A DNA stretch of 64,000 nt from Cyanophora paradoxa CCMP329 (GCA_004431415.1 QPMI01000666.1:62001-126000), one strand, 5' to 3'. Positions 44,536 to 58,361 are shown, counted from the first letter of the stretch. The notes: generated by a model from the letters alone, not told the origin. A program made the numbers and translations.

Positions 44536-47266
44536 AGAGTAATGCGCCTCCCCGCGGACACTCTGGCTAGCTAGAGCTACGTGTGCCCGCACGGCGTGGT
44601 GTCATCGCGTCTTGAAGCGGCCGGGGTCATCTCGGGGCGGTGGCGGGAGCCCCTATAGCTACGGGCCCTGGGGAGGGGGGGGGGGGGGGGCCGACATGTA
44701 CATGGAGTCGACGGAGTCGCCGCGCGCCGCGCGCCACGCGCCCGGGGCCCCGACCCGCCCCGCCCGCCGAGCCGCGCCGCCGCGCCGCGGCGCGCCGCGC
44801 CCCCGTCCCACCTGCCGAGCTGCGCCGCCGCCTGTCGCGCCTGGCGAGCCGCGCCGACCGCTGCCCGACCATCCCGCCCGTCACGGCGCCGACCTCGCGT
44901 CGCGCAGCCGGCCGCTGCGCGCTCCCGCGTGCCGCGCCCGGTTAGCACGGCGAGTCGACGTCGACGTCGCGGAGGGCCAGCTAGGACCGCGCGGGCCAGG
45001 CGCGCGCGGGGACACGCGTACGTATACGTATACGCGTACGGGAGCTCGAGGCCTAGGGCGGCGGCGCGCGCGGCTCGCCGGCAGAGCGGCTGCGCGATAT
45101 CGATCATGCTTAGCTGCACGCTGCAAGGCTGTAGGCTGCCGCGGTGCAGCCGCGTCTGCATAGCGCCCTCGCTATCGCTAGATCTAGACCTAGATCGCAT
45201 GCCGCAATGCCGCGCGCCTGGGTTCTGGGCGCCACTTCTGGCATGTTCTGCAAGCCTGTGTTGCCCCGGTGTTGGCGGACTCCAGGCGGACTCCTGGCGG
45301 AGCCGGGCCGGGCTACAGCAAAAAGACTTTTGCCGACGGAAAAAAGACCGACTTGCGAACTGGCCGACTTGGACAGCGTGACAGACAATCCGACGGGCCG
45401 GGTAGCAAGGGGGGTTTGAGCAGTTGACCCCCCCTTGCAATATATACGTACTCACCCAGGAAATTAAAGCCCTGCTTAGTTAACGTTCATCTTCCTGCGC
45501 TCTTGCTTTAATTTGTGAATGAGAATGCGACGCCATCGATATATATCCCGTACCCCTCATGAGCATCATGATCATGATCAACCACCTTGGCCCCCCCCAC
45601 AACTGGCTTGAACCTGCAAATTAATGCAAATTACACAAAGTTAAAGCACTCGCTTTAGAGAGTTGCAATTGGGACATGTACAGCCTGGCAGAGCTCGAGT
45701 AGGTGCGTAGCGCCTTGAAGCTGTACATGTGCAGAATTGAGCGTATTTCCTGTCATTGTTCACCCCCCTACCAACCGCGCGCCACCGGTGGGTAACTTAG
45801 TAACAGTCAGCGGGCGCCGGCCCCGGCCCACCAACCGGTACTGGCCATGGGTGCCCCGGGGTTGAGGTCGACTGCCAGGCTGTGCCCAGCCCTATATATA
45901 TCCATGGCCAGGTTCTTGAAGCCCCTACACCCTGGCATAGCATGTGGGGCCTTAGCCCCAGGTCTGTTCCCATTTACATAATACTTAGCCCAGACGTCGA
46001 CCTTATAATTATAATTAACTTATATTAGAAAGCTTGGCCATGGGCGCCGGCCCCGGGGACGTCGATGTGAATTCATGGCCATGGGCACGTTGACGTCGGC
46101 GTCCAGATATATCGATATCGATATCGATATCGATATAGTAACAATATATTAATAATGCTAAGCTTGAGCTCCCCTTAATTCCAACCTCTAGATCTAATCG
46201 TGCGCTCGTGCTAGCAAGGCCCCGGCCCGGTTATCTTAAAATTGTTTTAGCGCGGCGAATTCGAAACTGGATCACAATCGATATCGCGCTTATCTTAGGT
46301 CAGGGGGGTACAATCACGCGAGACCCGAAGAAGCCGCGGCCGCGGCGCCAGCTGCAGCTGCAGCTGCAGCGAGCCTCAGCAGCTAGCTCCAGATAACGTG
46401 CTACGTGCTCTAGCTACGTGCTCTAGATAACGAGCTAGCTCAGTGCCAGGAACCAGCGCTCGAGCTCCTAGGTCCGGCAAGAGTAACATGGATTCGACAG
46501 CGCAGTCCGTGAGATCGGACGCGCTTGCGAAGTCCTCGCCGCACCTGGCTGGCACGCTCAACATGACGGGAACGCTCTCAGCGAGCACCACTCTCCGCCA
46601 AACCTTTACCGTGCGCCAAATTCGTATCGCCGCTCAATGAAATCACTGAACGCACGGTCAGATCGGAAAAGACTGTAAGCAGAGCTCCGTGCGACTACCT
46701 GTGTTCAATGCGCTCGACTCATTGTCTTCGTAGACGATGCAGCTTTTTTCAAAGAAAGAAGCCTGCGGGGAACAGATCCAGGGCGAGCCCCGGTTATCTT
46801 CAATTTTTTTTGTATATCTAAATCAGATGCAGGAGCATGCTGTCCGCGCCTTACCATGCGCCTCGAGCGGGCTACCGCGGTCTGGCTCAGATTCCGAACC
46901 CATACGAAAGTCTTCCGTGCACATATGCAGGTCGACAAGGTCTGTCGTTCTCCGTGGCCTCGCAACCTGACTGTTTTTTCAGGAACAAAATGGAATCTCA
47001 TGGACTCGGAAGATGTCCGACCTGGTTTCGTTGCTTCGCACCATAGCATTCGTATGTTCGCCCCCATAACTATCCGCACTACATCCTGATGTACCCTGTC
47101 AGCTTGGCACAAAACGATGACACAGCAAATGCGAGAGTTCACCAACGATGACACAAAACCTCTGTAAAAGTTTCCAAACAGTTTCAGAACTGTTCAGAAC
47201 AGTTCCCAAAAGCTTCTGATCTTTCATGCCAAATAGCTAGCTAGGCTACTTGGCTAGAGCTATGTA

Positions 47267-47409
47267 GCTAGTAGCAGCTGAGTTCAAGAGGGGGGGGGGG
47301 GGCGGGGGGGATCAATGGAGGGCGGGGTACATGATCTCGAGCTAGTAGCAGCTGAGTTCGAGAGGGGGGGAGGGGGGGATCAAGCTGGAGGGCGGGGAAC
47401 ATGATCTCA
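47267..47409. repeat. Two-copy ~73-bp tandem duplication containing G-runs
   Basis: GCTAGTAGCAGCTGAGTTC.AGAGGGGGG..GATCAA..TGGAGGGCGGGG.ACATGATCTC occurs twice. Confidence 0.75.
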
Positions 47410-48476
47410 AGGCGGTGCGTGCCCTTAAGCTTGCAAGCTTACGGGGCCGGTGTACAGTGTATGTCCCTGAGGGTGAGGGCCAGGGCTAGCCCTGGCCATG
47501 GGTCGCTGACACAGCACTTCAGCGCCGCGTTTTGCGCCGAGTTTGATTGTCTGGGGCCGCATGATGTCAGCATGATGCCGCAATGATGAAAAGTGATGCT
47601 TGTATGGAAATGGCCGCGTTTTGCGCACCAGGCAAGCGAGAGTCAACCATCTCTCCTGCAGGGAGTCAATCCAAGAAGCTTCGGCCGTCGTCGTCCGACG
47701 GTCACTTGTACCCCGTCGTCGCCGTGCCCCCGGCGTGCTCGGTTGCCAGTCGTGCCTTCTTCCTGCGTTTCTTGTCTCTCTGCGACGGGCGCGATGCAGC
47801 GCAGAGAGGCGCTTGTCGTCAAGGATAAGGTGCGCGTCGCCATTCTGTACGAGCTCGAGCGCTCTTCTGAGGTGCAACAGGTCACGGTCCAGTTGAAGGC
47901 CACTGGAATTCGAAATGCGCCGGCGCCAGCCCTCAAACAGACCAGGTTCAAGATAAATGCGAGTGATAACTTAGTAAGTTCGCCGTGCTCATCGAGTTTG
48001 TCCGGAAACGAGTGCAGCGCTGCAAAAAACGCCCGTGAAGCGCTGTGTGAGTCGGGCCAGGGCGGGGCCTGATGGCGTTAACGTTGGAGATCATCGGATC
48101 TAGATCTAGCATCCGATCGAAGCTAGCGTCACTGGGGTCTAGAGCTCATGCAGCCCACCAGCAAGCTAGCTAGGGCTGTAATTGGTCAGGGCAGCTAGCA
48201 GCTGGCTATGGAGTCACAGTTCCGCCAGCACTGCAGCTGGCCATGGTGTCACAGCCCCGCGCTTTTTCAACCAAATTTAACGACAGCCTGGTGAATGCCG
48301 TTTTCTGCCTTGCGATTCTGAGCAAAGTTGCAGCTCGATCATACAACACGAGTGCTACCATAAGAAAAATTCCCCGAACTGGGAGGACTGGTTTGAGACT
48401 CTACAAAAAGGCTACAGAAAGCCCGTGGTGAGGAAATGACTACCTTCTCTAATAACGCCCTCCGGTCGACGGGGGC

Positions 48477-51400
48477 TTACACGCGGGTGGGCGTGCCCGT
48501 GATGTACGAGCTGCCGCCAGTGTATCCGCCAGTCACGACCTGCTGGCTGGACATCTCGTAGGTCGACTGGCCGGTGGAACCGCCGACGTACACGTTGCGC
48601 GGGCCCTCCGCGGTCGCGCTGTGCCAATTGGTCAGACTGAGAAGACCCGGAGCCCAATTTAATGGAAAGAGAAAAGACCCACCCGCCGGGGGTGTAGACG
48701 CGGAAGAGGCGGACGGACTCGCTCTGCTGGCCGCCAGCAGCACCGGTCGCGACCGCGCCACCCTGGGTGCGGGTCTGCACGAAGCGCGGGGGCGAGCCGC
48801 CAGTCGCGCCGCCAGTGCCAGCGACACCGCCGCGGGTCGACACGTAGACGTTGCGGGTGGTGTTGTCCGACATGTAGGTCGGGAACTGCGCAAGGCAAGG
48901 AATGTCGTCAGGCGCGGGGGCGAGAGTGACAATCAAGGGCCGAGGGAAGAAGCGGACCTCGTCCCAGACAGAGCGGGTGTTGTGGCGGAGGCCGAGGTCG
49001 AGCTCGTACGGCTTCATGATGCCGAAGCGGCGGGTGAAGAAGTGCCACCGGTACATGAACAGGTTGAGGACCAGGATCCAGATGAAGGAAATGATCATAA
49101 GCGCCCAGCTGGCCGGGCCCATCATGAAGTAGTTCCAGTAGGCGCCGGTCTGGGCGCCCGCGCGGATGATGCCGATGAGGATCAGGTCGATCATCTCGAT
49201 GATGGTGTTGGTGATGTCGAGGATGTTGCCGGCGGTGTCAACGTACGGGTTGACGATGAAGAGGTACGCAAGGTCGATGGCCTCGATGATGAGGAGGAGG
49301 GCAATCTGCCACCAGAAGGTCGCGTTGCTGCCCATTGCGCTCCAGAAGGCGCCGAAGACGACACCCATGGCGTACAGCTTGGTGAGCTTGAGCGGGTGGT
49401 ACAGGTACGCCATGCGCTCCTTCTTGAACTTGCGGAAGAGGTAGCCGTGGTTCTTCATGCGCTTGCTCACGGTGCCCTTCTCGGCGCGGGTGTCGATCCA
49501 CTTGCCAACCTTGCGGCAGCACGGGTAGCACTCGGGCGAGGTCTTCTCGATCTCGGGGTCGCGGAGCGCCGGATCCGACGCGTAGGCAACCTCCTTGAAG
49601 TCGATCTCGCGGGAGCGGCCGACGCGCGAGACGAGGCCGGCGAACAGGAAGATGAGCCACAGGAACATGACGATGAGGATGAGGCAGGCGACCGGAGTCT
49701 TGTACGAGTGGCTGACGAGGCCGCGGACCGAGTACCACAGAACGCGCGACGAGTGGGCGACGGCGCCGAAGAGGGTCATCTGGAAGGCGATGTAGAGGAG
49801 CTTCCAGAAGCCGAGGCGGCCAGAGCCGCGCTCGAGGCTGAAGCAGTAGCGGATTAGGATGACGGCGATCGCGGCGGCGATCATGCCGAGGATGACAACC
49901 AGAGTCCAGAGGGCCGAGTTGGGGAACCAGGTGTACAGGTAGTCAACCGGGCAGGACTGGGCCTCGAGGGGCGGCACAGGGTGCTGCCACGAGAAGATGT
50001 GGCCGCCCCATGGGGTCTTGATGGTCTCAGTGGGCAGGGTGAACTCCCAAGTGAAGGGGAAGTGCAGGACGCTCCAGGACAGGCCATCACGGAACTGGTG
50101 CCACTCGAACGGAGTCGCGATGTCGAGGGCCAGGAGAAGGGCAAGGAACTGGACGAAGAAGATGAGAATCTGCAGAGCCGGCGTGAGTAGAACGCGGGTA
50201 AGGTGGGCCTGACAGGAGAAAAGAAGAACGGGCGCACGAACTCGTTGCCCGACTTGTAGCCGATGATGGTCATGATGATCGCGCAGAAAATGGAGATGAC
50301 GATGAGAACGGTGGCGATCGCAGCAAGAATAGTGGAGAGGGTCCAGCGCTCCCACTTGATGTTCCAGCGGGTGTCGACGACGCTCTGGAGGTCGGTCGTG
50401 GCGAAGCTGTACATGTACGCGCCAACGTTGCCGGGGCACCAGTCCTCGTTCGGGTCGGTCGGGGCGGTGCGGCGCAGGTAGGCGTTCGCGGAGATCTCCG
50501 GGGTGTTCGCATCCAGGACCGGCGCGTCCGAAATCTGGGCGATGTTGGCCGCCATGGTCTTGGGCATGAAGGGGTAAACGGTGTGCTGCCACTTGCGCCA
50601 GTAGTAGGTGTTGAAGATCGCGGGGAAGCGGCGCATGTAGCCGTACACGCCCTGGGTGGTCGACTCGAACTCCTTGAGGCGGACAAACTCGGGGATGTAG
50701 GTGTTGTAGCCGACCGCGGCCTGGCTGATTTCGGTGTCGGTCCAGCCGCGAACCGAAGCGCGGATGTCGCCATCGCTGAAGCCATCGACGGCGCTGCGGG
50801 TCTTCGCATCGTTGTTGCACTTGCACTTGGAGCCGTCCTCCTCGCACTTGGCCTGGGCAGTGTCGTCGTCCTTCTGGCACTCGCCGCACTTCTTCATGCA
50901 CTCGTCCGGGTTCGGGTACGGGCAGATGCACTGGGCCTTCGGCGGCGGAACGCAGTGGGTGGCGTAGATCGAGGCCGACTTGTCGGGCTGAAGGGCGAGC
51001 GCGTGAGATCCTATCACGCGCGGCTGCGCCGACCGAAACACCGCACCAGGATGAAGCCCTGGAAGCAAGCGCCGCAGACGGCGTTCTTGCCCTGGTTCAC
51101 GCACTCGCGGTTGACGCACGGGTTGCGAGCGTCGCACGGCTTGACTGCCCGGACAAGTGAGCGGCGAAATAATGTGCCGCGGTTGAGCGCGGCTCACCCT
51201 CGACGACGGTTGTGCCGTAGTGCACGTAGCTCTCAGTGTGGGTCTTCGACGACACGATGATGTCACCGGGGCCAGTGGTCGTGCCCGGGCCGGCCGTGAT
51301 GGTCAGCGAGCCGGGGGTCGCGCCGTCGGAGACGGACGCGCGCCAGCCCTGGACGGAGACCCAGTCAACATCGCCGGCGCCAGTGTTGAGGTTGTTGCCC

Positions 51401-53142
51401 TGTGCGTAACAGTCAATAAGCGAAACAAACATTTGCGAAAAGAGGTAGTAACGTACGGTAATGACGACGACGTCACCCTTGATGATGGAGAGAGCACCAC
51501 CCTCCTGAACGCGCTCAGTGGAGACGGACACGCCAGTGATCACACCCTGGGCCACGATATCGACGACGTTGCCGACGTTGTCAATGGCGAAGAGGTGGCC
51601 GGACGCGCGATGGAGCGCGAGACCGATCGGGCCGTTGAACGGCAGACCGGAGGCGAGGACCTCCTGCTTGCCTGCGGAGCGTTCAGGGTTCGGCTCTTGC
51701 TGCTCTCTAGACGCGAGCGGACACACCGCTGCGGAGAACGCGGTAGATCTTGTTCTCGCCAGGGGCCGCAACGTAGACGGTGCCCGAGAACGAGTCGACG
51801 GCGATGCCGTGGGCACCGTTGGTCGTCTTCAGAATCTCGCGGTCCTCGCCTGTGCGTGCGGAGTATCAGACACGCGCGAGGGCGGACGCCAGCGGCGTGG
51901 GCGAACCCGCAGTGAAGGTCTCCACCGGGGTCTCAACCAGGCGGCCAGAGCCGTCGAAGCTGTAGGAAACGAACAGGGCGCTGGTGGCTGTCGCCGAATG
52001 CTGGTGAGAGGGGGCAGGGCAGAGCAGGTCCCTTCGGGGCGTTGGGCGGGCGAACCCTGGCCGGTGTTAAGCGCGAACACCTTGTCGTGAGTCGCCTCGT
52101 TCGGGTAGTTCGCGGTGTACAGCAGGATGTTGCGCTTGAAGTTGTACGCCATCGAGGTGATGGTGAACGCGCTCTTCGCGTAGTCGGCGGACAGGTCCTT
52201 CAAGAGGACAGCGCGCTCTGCAACGCTATCAGAAGACCTGCAAAGGCTCTAAACAGAGCACATGCGCACGCTGGGTGTCGATCATAACGATGCGCGGGCC
52301 GTCGGCGACGAACACAAGGCCGCGGGCAAAGCCGATGGCCATGCCATCGATCTTATCGAACTTCGCGCTGGTGGCCGGAACGCCAGACGCGGAGGGCACG
52401 GACGAGCCGCCGCCACCGTACGCGGATACGGTGTTGGCTGTCGTGGTCCCGGGAGTTAGCGACCGCTGGTAGGTCCAGCGGCGGGAGACGCGAACGCACT
52501 GTCGGTATCGATCTTACGAATAAGCTTCGTGCCAACATCAGCGACGAAAAGGTCCTTCCCGTACGGGAAGAAAGCCAGGTACGTCGGCCTGGTGAGAACC
52601 GCAGCCGTTACACCGAGCTGACAGCACAGAGCGCGCTAATCGGGCGCACTTGTCGAAGGTAGCCGAGTACAGCGCGCCGTTGCTGGAACCAGAGGCACCA
52701 GTGCCGGCGTAGTCCTTCAGCTCCTTGGCTGACAGGTGCAAATCCGTTAATATCAAAGAAAACGCCCGCAGCGACGCCTCGGCGCGTCCCGCACGCACAG
52801 ATGAGGTTGAAGCTCTTAATCTTGTTCTCCTGGGGCACAGCGACGAACAGGGTGGTCCCGGTGGCATCCGGGGTCACCCACGTCGCACCTGCGACGAGCC
52901 GCGCGAACCGGGCCGCAAAACATCAGCACGGCGACTGCAAAGGAGTGTTCGAATGCTTATATTTAAATCGGAGACGCTGCGGCAAGGCCGACGCCGCGAC
53001 GAAGGCCGGACGGGCGGAGGTTCGCACCATCGACCTTCCCGGCGCTGTTGATGGTTCCGATGGGCGAGTCATCGGCCAAGACCAAGGGCAGCACCAGGGC
53101 CAGGGCCGCCAGCGCGGCGACCGCCCGGAACCGCGCCATCAT
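48477..53142 (-). CDS. Large membrane protein: signal peptide, beta-propeller-like repeats, IPT/TIG-like and Cys-rich/EGF-like modules, C-terminal TRP-like (Flc/Pkd2-type) multi-TM domain
   Basis: MMARFRAVAALAALALVLPLVLA; VLASGLPFNGPIGLAL; ITGVS..VVVIT.GNNL..VSVQG; KPCDARNPCVNRECV; ILIFFVQFLALLLALDIATPFEWHQFRDGLSWS; HGYLFRKFKKE..QIALLLIIE..LFIVNPYVDTAGNIL. Confidence 0.72.
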
Positions 53143-53210
53143 CTTTTTTTCCGGTCGAACTTAGAGCACTAACTTATTTGGTCCTACCCCCATTGCTCCG
53201 GCGAGTCACA

Positions 53211-54175
53211 ATGCACACCTCCGGCAACATCAAGTACACGGGCGCGCGGGGCCCGCGCGGAGGAGGCAGGCGCTCGCCGCGCTCCTTCCCCCAGGGCATC
53301 GTCGATCTCTTGCCCGCGCCCGGCCTCCCCGCTCGCACGCCCCCGCCCGGCAGCGGCGCGTCGGACGAGCTCATTGTTCGCCACGAGCTTTACGAGTGGG
53401 CGCACCGTTGGGCGCTCGCGCACGGCGCGGGCAATGTCTTGCAGGTCCTGCGGATCGTGTACGATTCATGCTCGCAGGCTTCCTGATTGAGTCCGAGCAC
53501 AGAGGCAGACGAGCAGGTCTACGGGAAGCCAACAAAGTTCAGCAAAGATCGAAAGCGCCCGGGTGCATGCTTCTTTCGCGTTTGTCCTGCTCGCAGACTT
53601 CCTGAGCACTTCGTCGCAGACTTCCTGATTGAGTTCGAGCACTTCGTCCTTGTGGTGGAGGTGGACGAGCGCGGCCACGGGCGCACCAACGTCTTCGCTC
53701 GGCGCATCATGAGCGCCGCGCTCCGTTACAGGCGCTCCGCGGAGCGCGTTCGGATGCTCAAGCTCTACGAGCAGATCCTTGAGGTTCGTCTGGTAAGAGG
53801 CGCAAGCGGGAGGAGGAGATAATGCGGGAGAGACGCAGGCGGGAGGAGGCCAAGGCCGCAGCCGAGGAGCGCAGGCGGGAGGAGGCCAAGGCCGCAGCCG
53901 AGGAGCGCGAGGCGAAGAGGAGGAGGCGGGAGGAGGCCAAGGCCGCAGCCGAGACCCGGGCCAAGGCCGAGCCAAGACCCGAGACCCGAGACGCGGAGCG
54001 GGAGGCGGAGCGGGAGGCGGAGCGGGAGGCGGAGCGGGAGGCGGAGCGGGATGCGAGGAGGCGCCGCGCGCGGGAGAAGCAGTGGCAGCGGGAGGCGGGG
54101 GCGGGAGGCGGGAGGCGGGGGCGGGAGGCGGGAGGCGGGGGCGGGAGGCGGGAGGCGGACCGTGGCAACCCATAG
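53211..54175 (+). pseudogene. Intron-containing PD-(D/E)XK nuclease-like gene copy (disrupted) with E/R/A-rich repeat tail
   Basis: Removing the 57-nt GT-AG intron 53563-53619 gives KRPDFLIEFEHFVLVVEVDERGH; in-frame stop at 53486 lies in an internal duplication; 53238-53536 matches 29072-29372. Confidence 0.6.
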
Positions 54176-54871
54176 GGGCTCGCTGAGTTGTGGTAGACCT
54201 GTGGATCCTACACTGTGGAAAGAAAAAACGCGCCGCTCCCTGTAAAGAACTAGTTTGCGTCCGCAATTGCGGTCCGCAATCAAAATCGGTGCGCTCCGAG
54301 GCCCCGCCATAGTGCTGGACCGACGCATGCGTGTAATACAACGGTGCGGGGACCGGGGCGCCCATCACTGCACTGCGCATGCGCATGCGGCAGCCGCTGA
54401 GCTGGGCCAAGCCAAGTTTGAATTCGAATTCACCAGTGACTGCCGCAGTGCGCGCGCGCGCGGCGCTGGTACAGCTCATTTGCATGAGCATATGCATGCA
54501 GCTAACGCTAGTGCGTGCGAACTAGTTAAAGTGCGGCGGCTGATCGCCGAGTCGGTAGCTTCACACCGATATCGATCGCGAGTCACATGCATGCGCATGC
54601 GCACTGCAGGGCCGCATGCCGCAGTGCGCAGGGCACCGATTCAGGGCCCGGGGGCACTGCAGTGCCACGGTGAGCAGGGCACCGCAGGGAGCTCCTACGG
54701 GCTCTGCAGCTGGGGACTGGACCCGATCGCGACCAATTGCAATTCACGCAAGGCCTTCGAATTGTAGATCTAGATCTAGATGGCCACCTCGCCCAAATTA
54801 AATCCCATCCAACCAAAAACAACCCTCGCATCGCATCTGGCATTCAAGCTCTAGACATCTAACGGAATGCT

Positions 54872-57230
54872 TCAAGGATTGCTGGTGTTCGTTTTCCGCG
54901 AGCGGCGGCCCTTCGCAGATTCCTTGACCTCCTCAACCACCTCGTCAAGCTGCTCCTCAAGGGTTAGAGGGGCGCGATTGGAGCGGGCTCCCATGTGAAG
55001 AATGCCTTGCTCGTCCTCCAGTGCCCAAACCTGCTGACTGGTGATCAATCATGAAGGGAGCACGAGTCTGCCATACAGACCTGATTGTGCGCAATGAAAG
55101 ACGCAGCAGATGAAAGCATGAGGAAGCCAAAGCCAGCATAGACTAGCGGAATGCCAGGGTCATCTTTGATCTGTAGCTTCTTGTTAGATTATGTTCGTAC
55201 TTTGATGCGACGTGCAGACCTGAAGGCCTGTGGCACCAATCATCTCCTTGAACTGCACATTAATACCATCGAGCTGCAAGCAAGAAGTCACTATTGCCGA
55301 AGCCATTTACAACGGTTGGGCTATGATATTGCACCTCGAGATTCATGCCAGGGCGGATGACGCTGTTCATCGACCCCTGCAGCCGCGAATCATTTCCATG
55401 ACAGTCCGGAAAAAGATGTCAAAGAGAAACTGACATCTTTGTTGTACACAAAGATGTTGATCATGTCCTTCGCCACGATGGGATAGCCTTCTGACATGTC
55501 AGGCTGAACAGCGCTAGTTAGAGATAGCCAAGACGACTTCAAGACTTCAAAGCCCCTTTTCACCTTCGTGGGCAGGAAGCCTCCCCACACTTCGGCCTTT
55601 TTCCCAAGAGCCTCGAGGCGGGCCATGGGAATGAGAAGGTCGGGGGAGTTGTTCAATTTCACAACGATTCCATAAAGGCTCCAGCTTGTCTGATAGAAAG
55701 TCATGCCCTGGTACCTGTTAAGGAAACAATTAATCAGTTTGATGCCGCAGAGGTAATGAGGCCGTACCGCATGGGTTTGTTAACGTGAATCTCTTCCTGG
55801 CGAACTTCCTTTCCATCCTTGTCGAGGGCAGAAATAATCGAGTGGAATTGGTCCACACGCCCATCGTCGGCATAATCGATCCAGAAGCGGTTGGCTCGCA
55901 TGATGAGGCCATTCGGAAGCCGACCCTCTGCAAGCGGGCCCGCGCTTACGATGTTATCAATGGTGAAATCCAGACCGGCAGGGATAAGCTCTGTGGCTCG
56001 GGTCAGACGTCCAGCACAACAGACCAGAGATGCAGTGCTGAGCGCACCCTGTGCCATCCAGCCGAAAACAGACCCGCCGATGGCGCCAGCAAGGACGAGG
56101 AGCATACTTATGTGCACAAAAATTGGAGCGACCTTCCCGATGACTCCCTTTGTACCATACAGCACGCTGCCTTCTTGGTGCACCTCGTACCCGCGCTTCT
56201 GCAGAGCTGCGGCAAGGTCCTCTTTCGCGCCGTTCTCGATGCGAGCCGCCAGCGGGTCTAATCGCCTGAACTGCTCAGGGCGTGTGTAGTACTTCCACTT
56301 GCGGGCGAGCCTGCCCATAGTATGAAGGCTGTGGGCCCCTTCCAGGCGGCAAAAGGAGTCTCACTTGAGAGCCGGAAGCTGTGTAGTGAAAGAGCAGGCA
56401 GTGAGGGAGGAGCCGAAGAGGATGAGCAGACCGAGGAACCACCATGTGCTATAGACGTGGTCCAGCCCCGCACCAAGGACCACCTACGCTCGAGGAATGC
56501 AATGAGGAAAGCAATCTATTTTGTAAATAGACAGTTGTGAGAGATAGGTACCTTCCAGGTCAGGAAGCCGTACAGGGCCGGCGACTCGGGGAAGTTCTGC
56601 ACGTAGAAGTCTGCTGCTTGCTCCTGCACGCAACGCGATTCGGTATGCCATACGCAAATCGATACACAGTACGCGCGACAATCCCTGCACCTGCGTGATG
56701 ATGGTGCCTAAACTGCTGCATGCCGCTATGAGCACCAGCTCAGCGATGGCGAGGCGGAGATCCGCAAGGCGCGGGACGATCTGACGTCGACCAAACGATA
56801 CAAATTTCTCAAGAGGCGATTCCTGCGAATTTTGGGGGTTAGCCGGCCACAACGAGAGAAGTAGCTAAAAACACGGCCAGCGAACCGAGGACGGGGAGAC
56901 GCAGAAGACGGACGGCAGCGCCAAGGAGCCTCGCTGTGTTCGCATCCTATGTAAAGCAGGCTGCAATACCGCGAACTTTCGGAACGACAGCCGGGACCCG
57001 TGCACCGCTTGCCGCCCGAACCGCTCGCTCTTCTGAGAACAACTGGGGACGGCGCCGATAACTCTGTGATCCGCGCCGGTGAGCACAACATGCGCCGCTG
57101 TCGCTGGTGCGCAGTGCGCCCGCCAGCTCCCTGCCGCCCGCGCTGAGGCAGCCAGAGTGATTGGTGCGACGGCGAACGCCGAGGCGCGCCGGCGCGCGGC
57201 CGCCGCATGACTCGACTCCGCGAACGACAT
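54872..57230 (-). CDS. CCS1: Cytochrome c biogenesis protein Ccs1/ResB (system II), nuclear-encoded, plastid-targeted
   Basis: [26 protein letters not shown]; [34 protein letters not shown]; [22 protein letters not shown]; FWIDY..VDQFHS; IHVNKPMRY; TFYQTSW; [18 protein letters not shown]. Confidence 0.92.
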
Positions 57231-57795
57231 CGCGCGGCACACTAGTACTGCAGCTGTGGCAGATCTAGATCACAGCTGCAGTCGACGTCGACGTCGACGT
57301 CAGGCTGCAAGTTAGATTTTCTGGGGTACACAGGCCAGAAAATGTTGCAGTTCCACGAACTATAAGCCTTCCTATATACGTGGGCCTTTGTGAAGCGTTG
57401 AGCTCTCGAGCTTGCCCCTTCGCTGTCAATGCATTGTTAACCCTCGGAGGTTGCATGAGTCACGCGTCGCGGAGGTTTGGGTGTTATATTGCGATCAGGT
57501 ACACGCTGCACTAACAGGGGGGCTAGCACTAACCGACGCGGGGAGTAACAGCCGGTGTACCCCTCGGGGGGCCTCCCGGCCTCTAACGATGCTCAGGCTC
57601 TAACTGAATGCTGTACCCCCCGCTGTTACTGCCCGAACCTTCCGAACTTGCGTAATTCGGCCTCGCCCTGTACCCAGTGGCTGGTGTCGTCCATCCATTC
57701 GCGTACCTCCCTCTGACGCTTGAGTGACTCACGCTGCTCGGGGGTAGGGGAGGGGGGCCTTCGAGGCGGGTGGGGAAGGGGTACGGTGGCAAAAT

Positions 57796-58361
57796 TCAGC
57801 CACTCGGGGGTATGCCGAATTCGCCGTGAACGATCCTCTGCGGTGTGAAATACCGGTCGCTGCTCACGGCCAAGTGGAAGAACGCGCTCCTGAGCCCGGA
57901 GAGGAAGCGTGGTTGCATGAATGGCTGCTGGAGGGACTCGTCGCGCCAGGGGGCTACGAAATCAATGATACGCTGCTGTACCTGCGCGGGCAGGGCAAGG
58001 ATCTGGCTCTTGCGGTTCGCAAAGGCCGTCCACAGCGCTTGCAGGTCGGCCCAATCGCCGTTCAGATCCCTGCGTTCGCGCCTCAGGTACGATCTCGGGT
58101 TCTCTGTCATACCCATCAAGCCCGCGGCCCTGATCATCTCCCTGTCCGGGAGCTCTCGCTCGTCGTGGAATTCGTCTCTAATCCAGCGCACAAGGTAGAG
58201 CACGCGCTCCATGAAGTTCTCCGCCGGCGAGCCGCCCCTGAGGACGTGCGCCTCCCCTCCAGCACTGCGTTCGCATCCTCCAAGTCCACGTTCCGCTGTC
58301 GAATCTCCCCGTCCAGGTCGCCGTTGTTGTACAGCACGTCGGACTCGCGTGTTCGCGCCAT
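57796..58361 (-). CDS. Orphan protein B (one frameshift near 58250), paralog of the upstream ORF A
   Basis: MARTRESDVLYNNGDL.. then ENFMERVLYLVRWIRDE..LALPAQVQQRIIDFVAPWRD..FLSGLRSAF. Confidence 0.55.
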
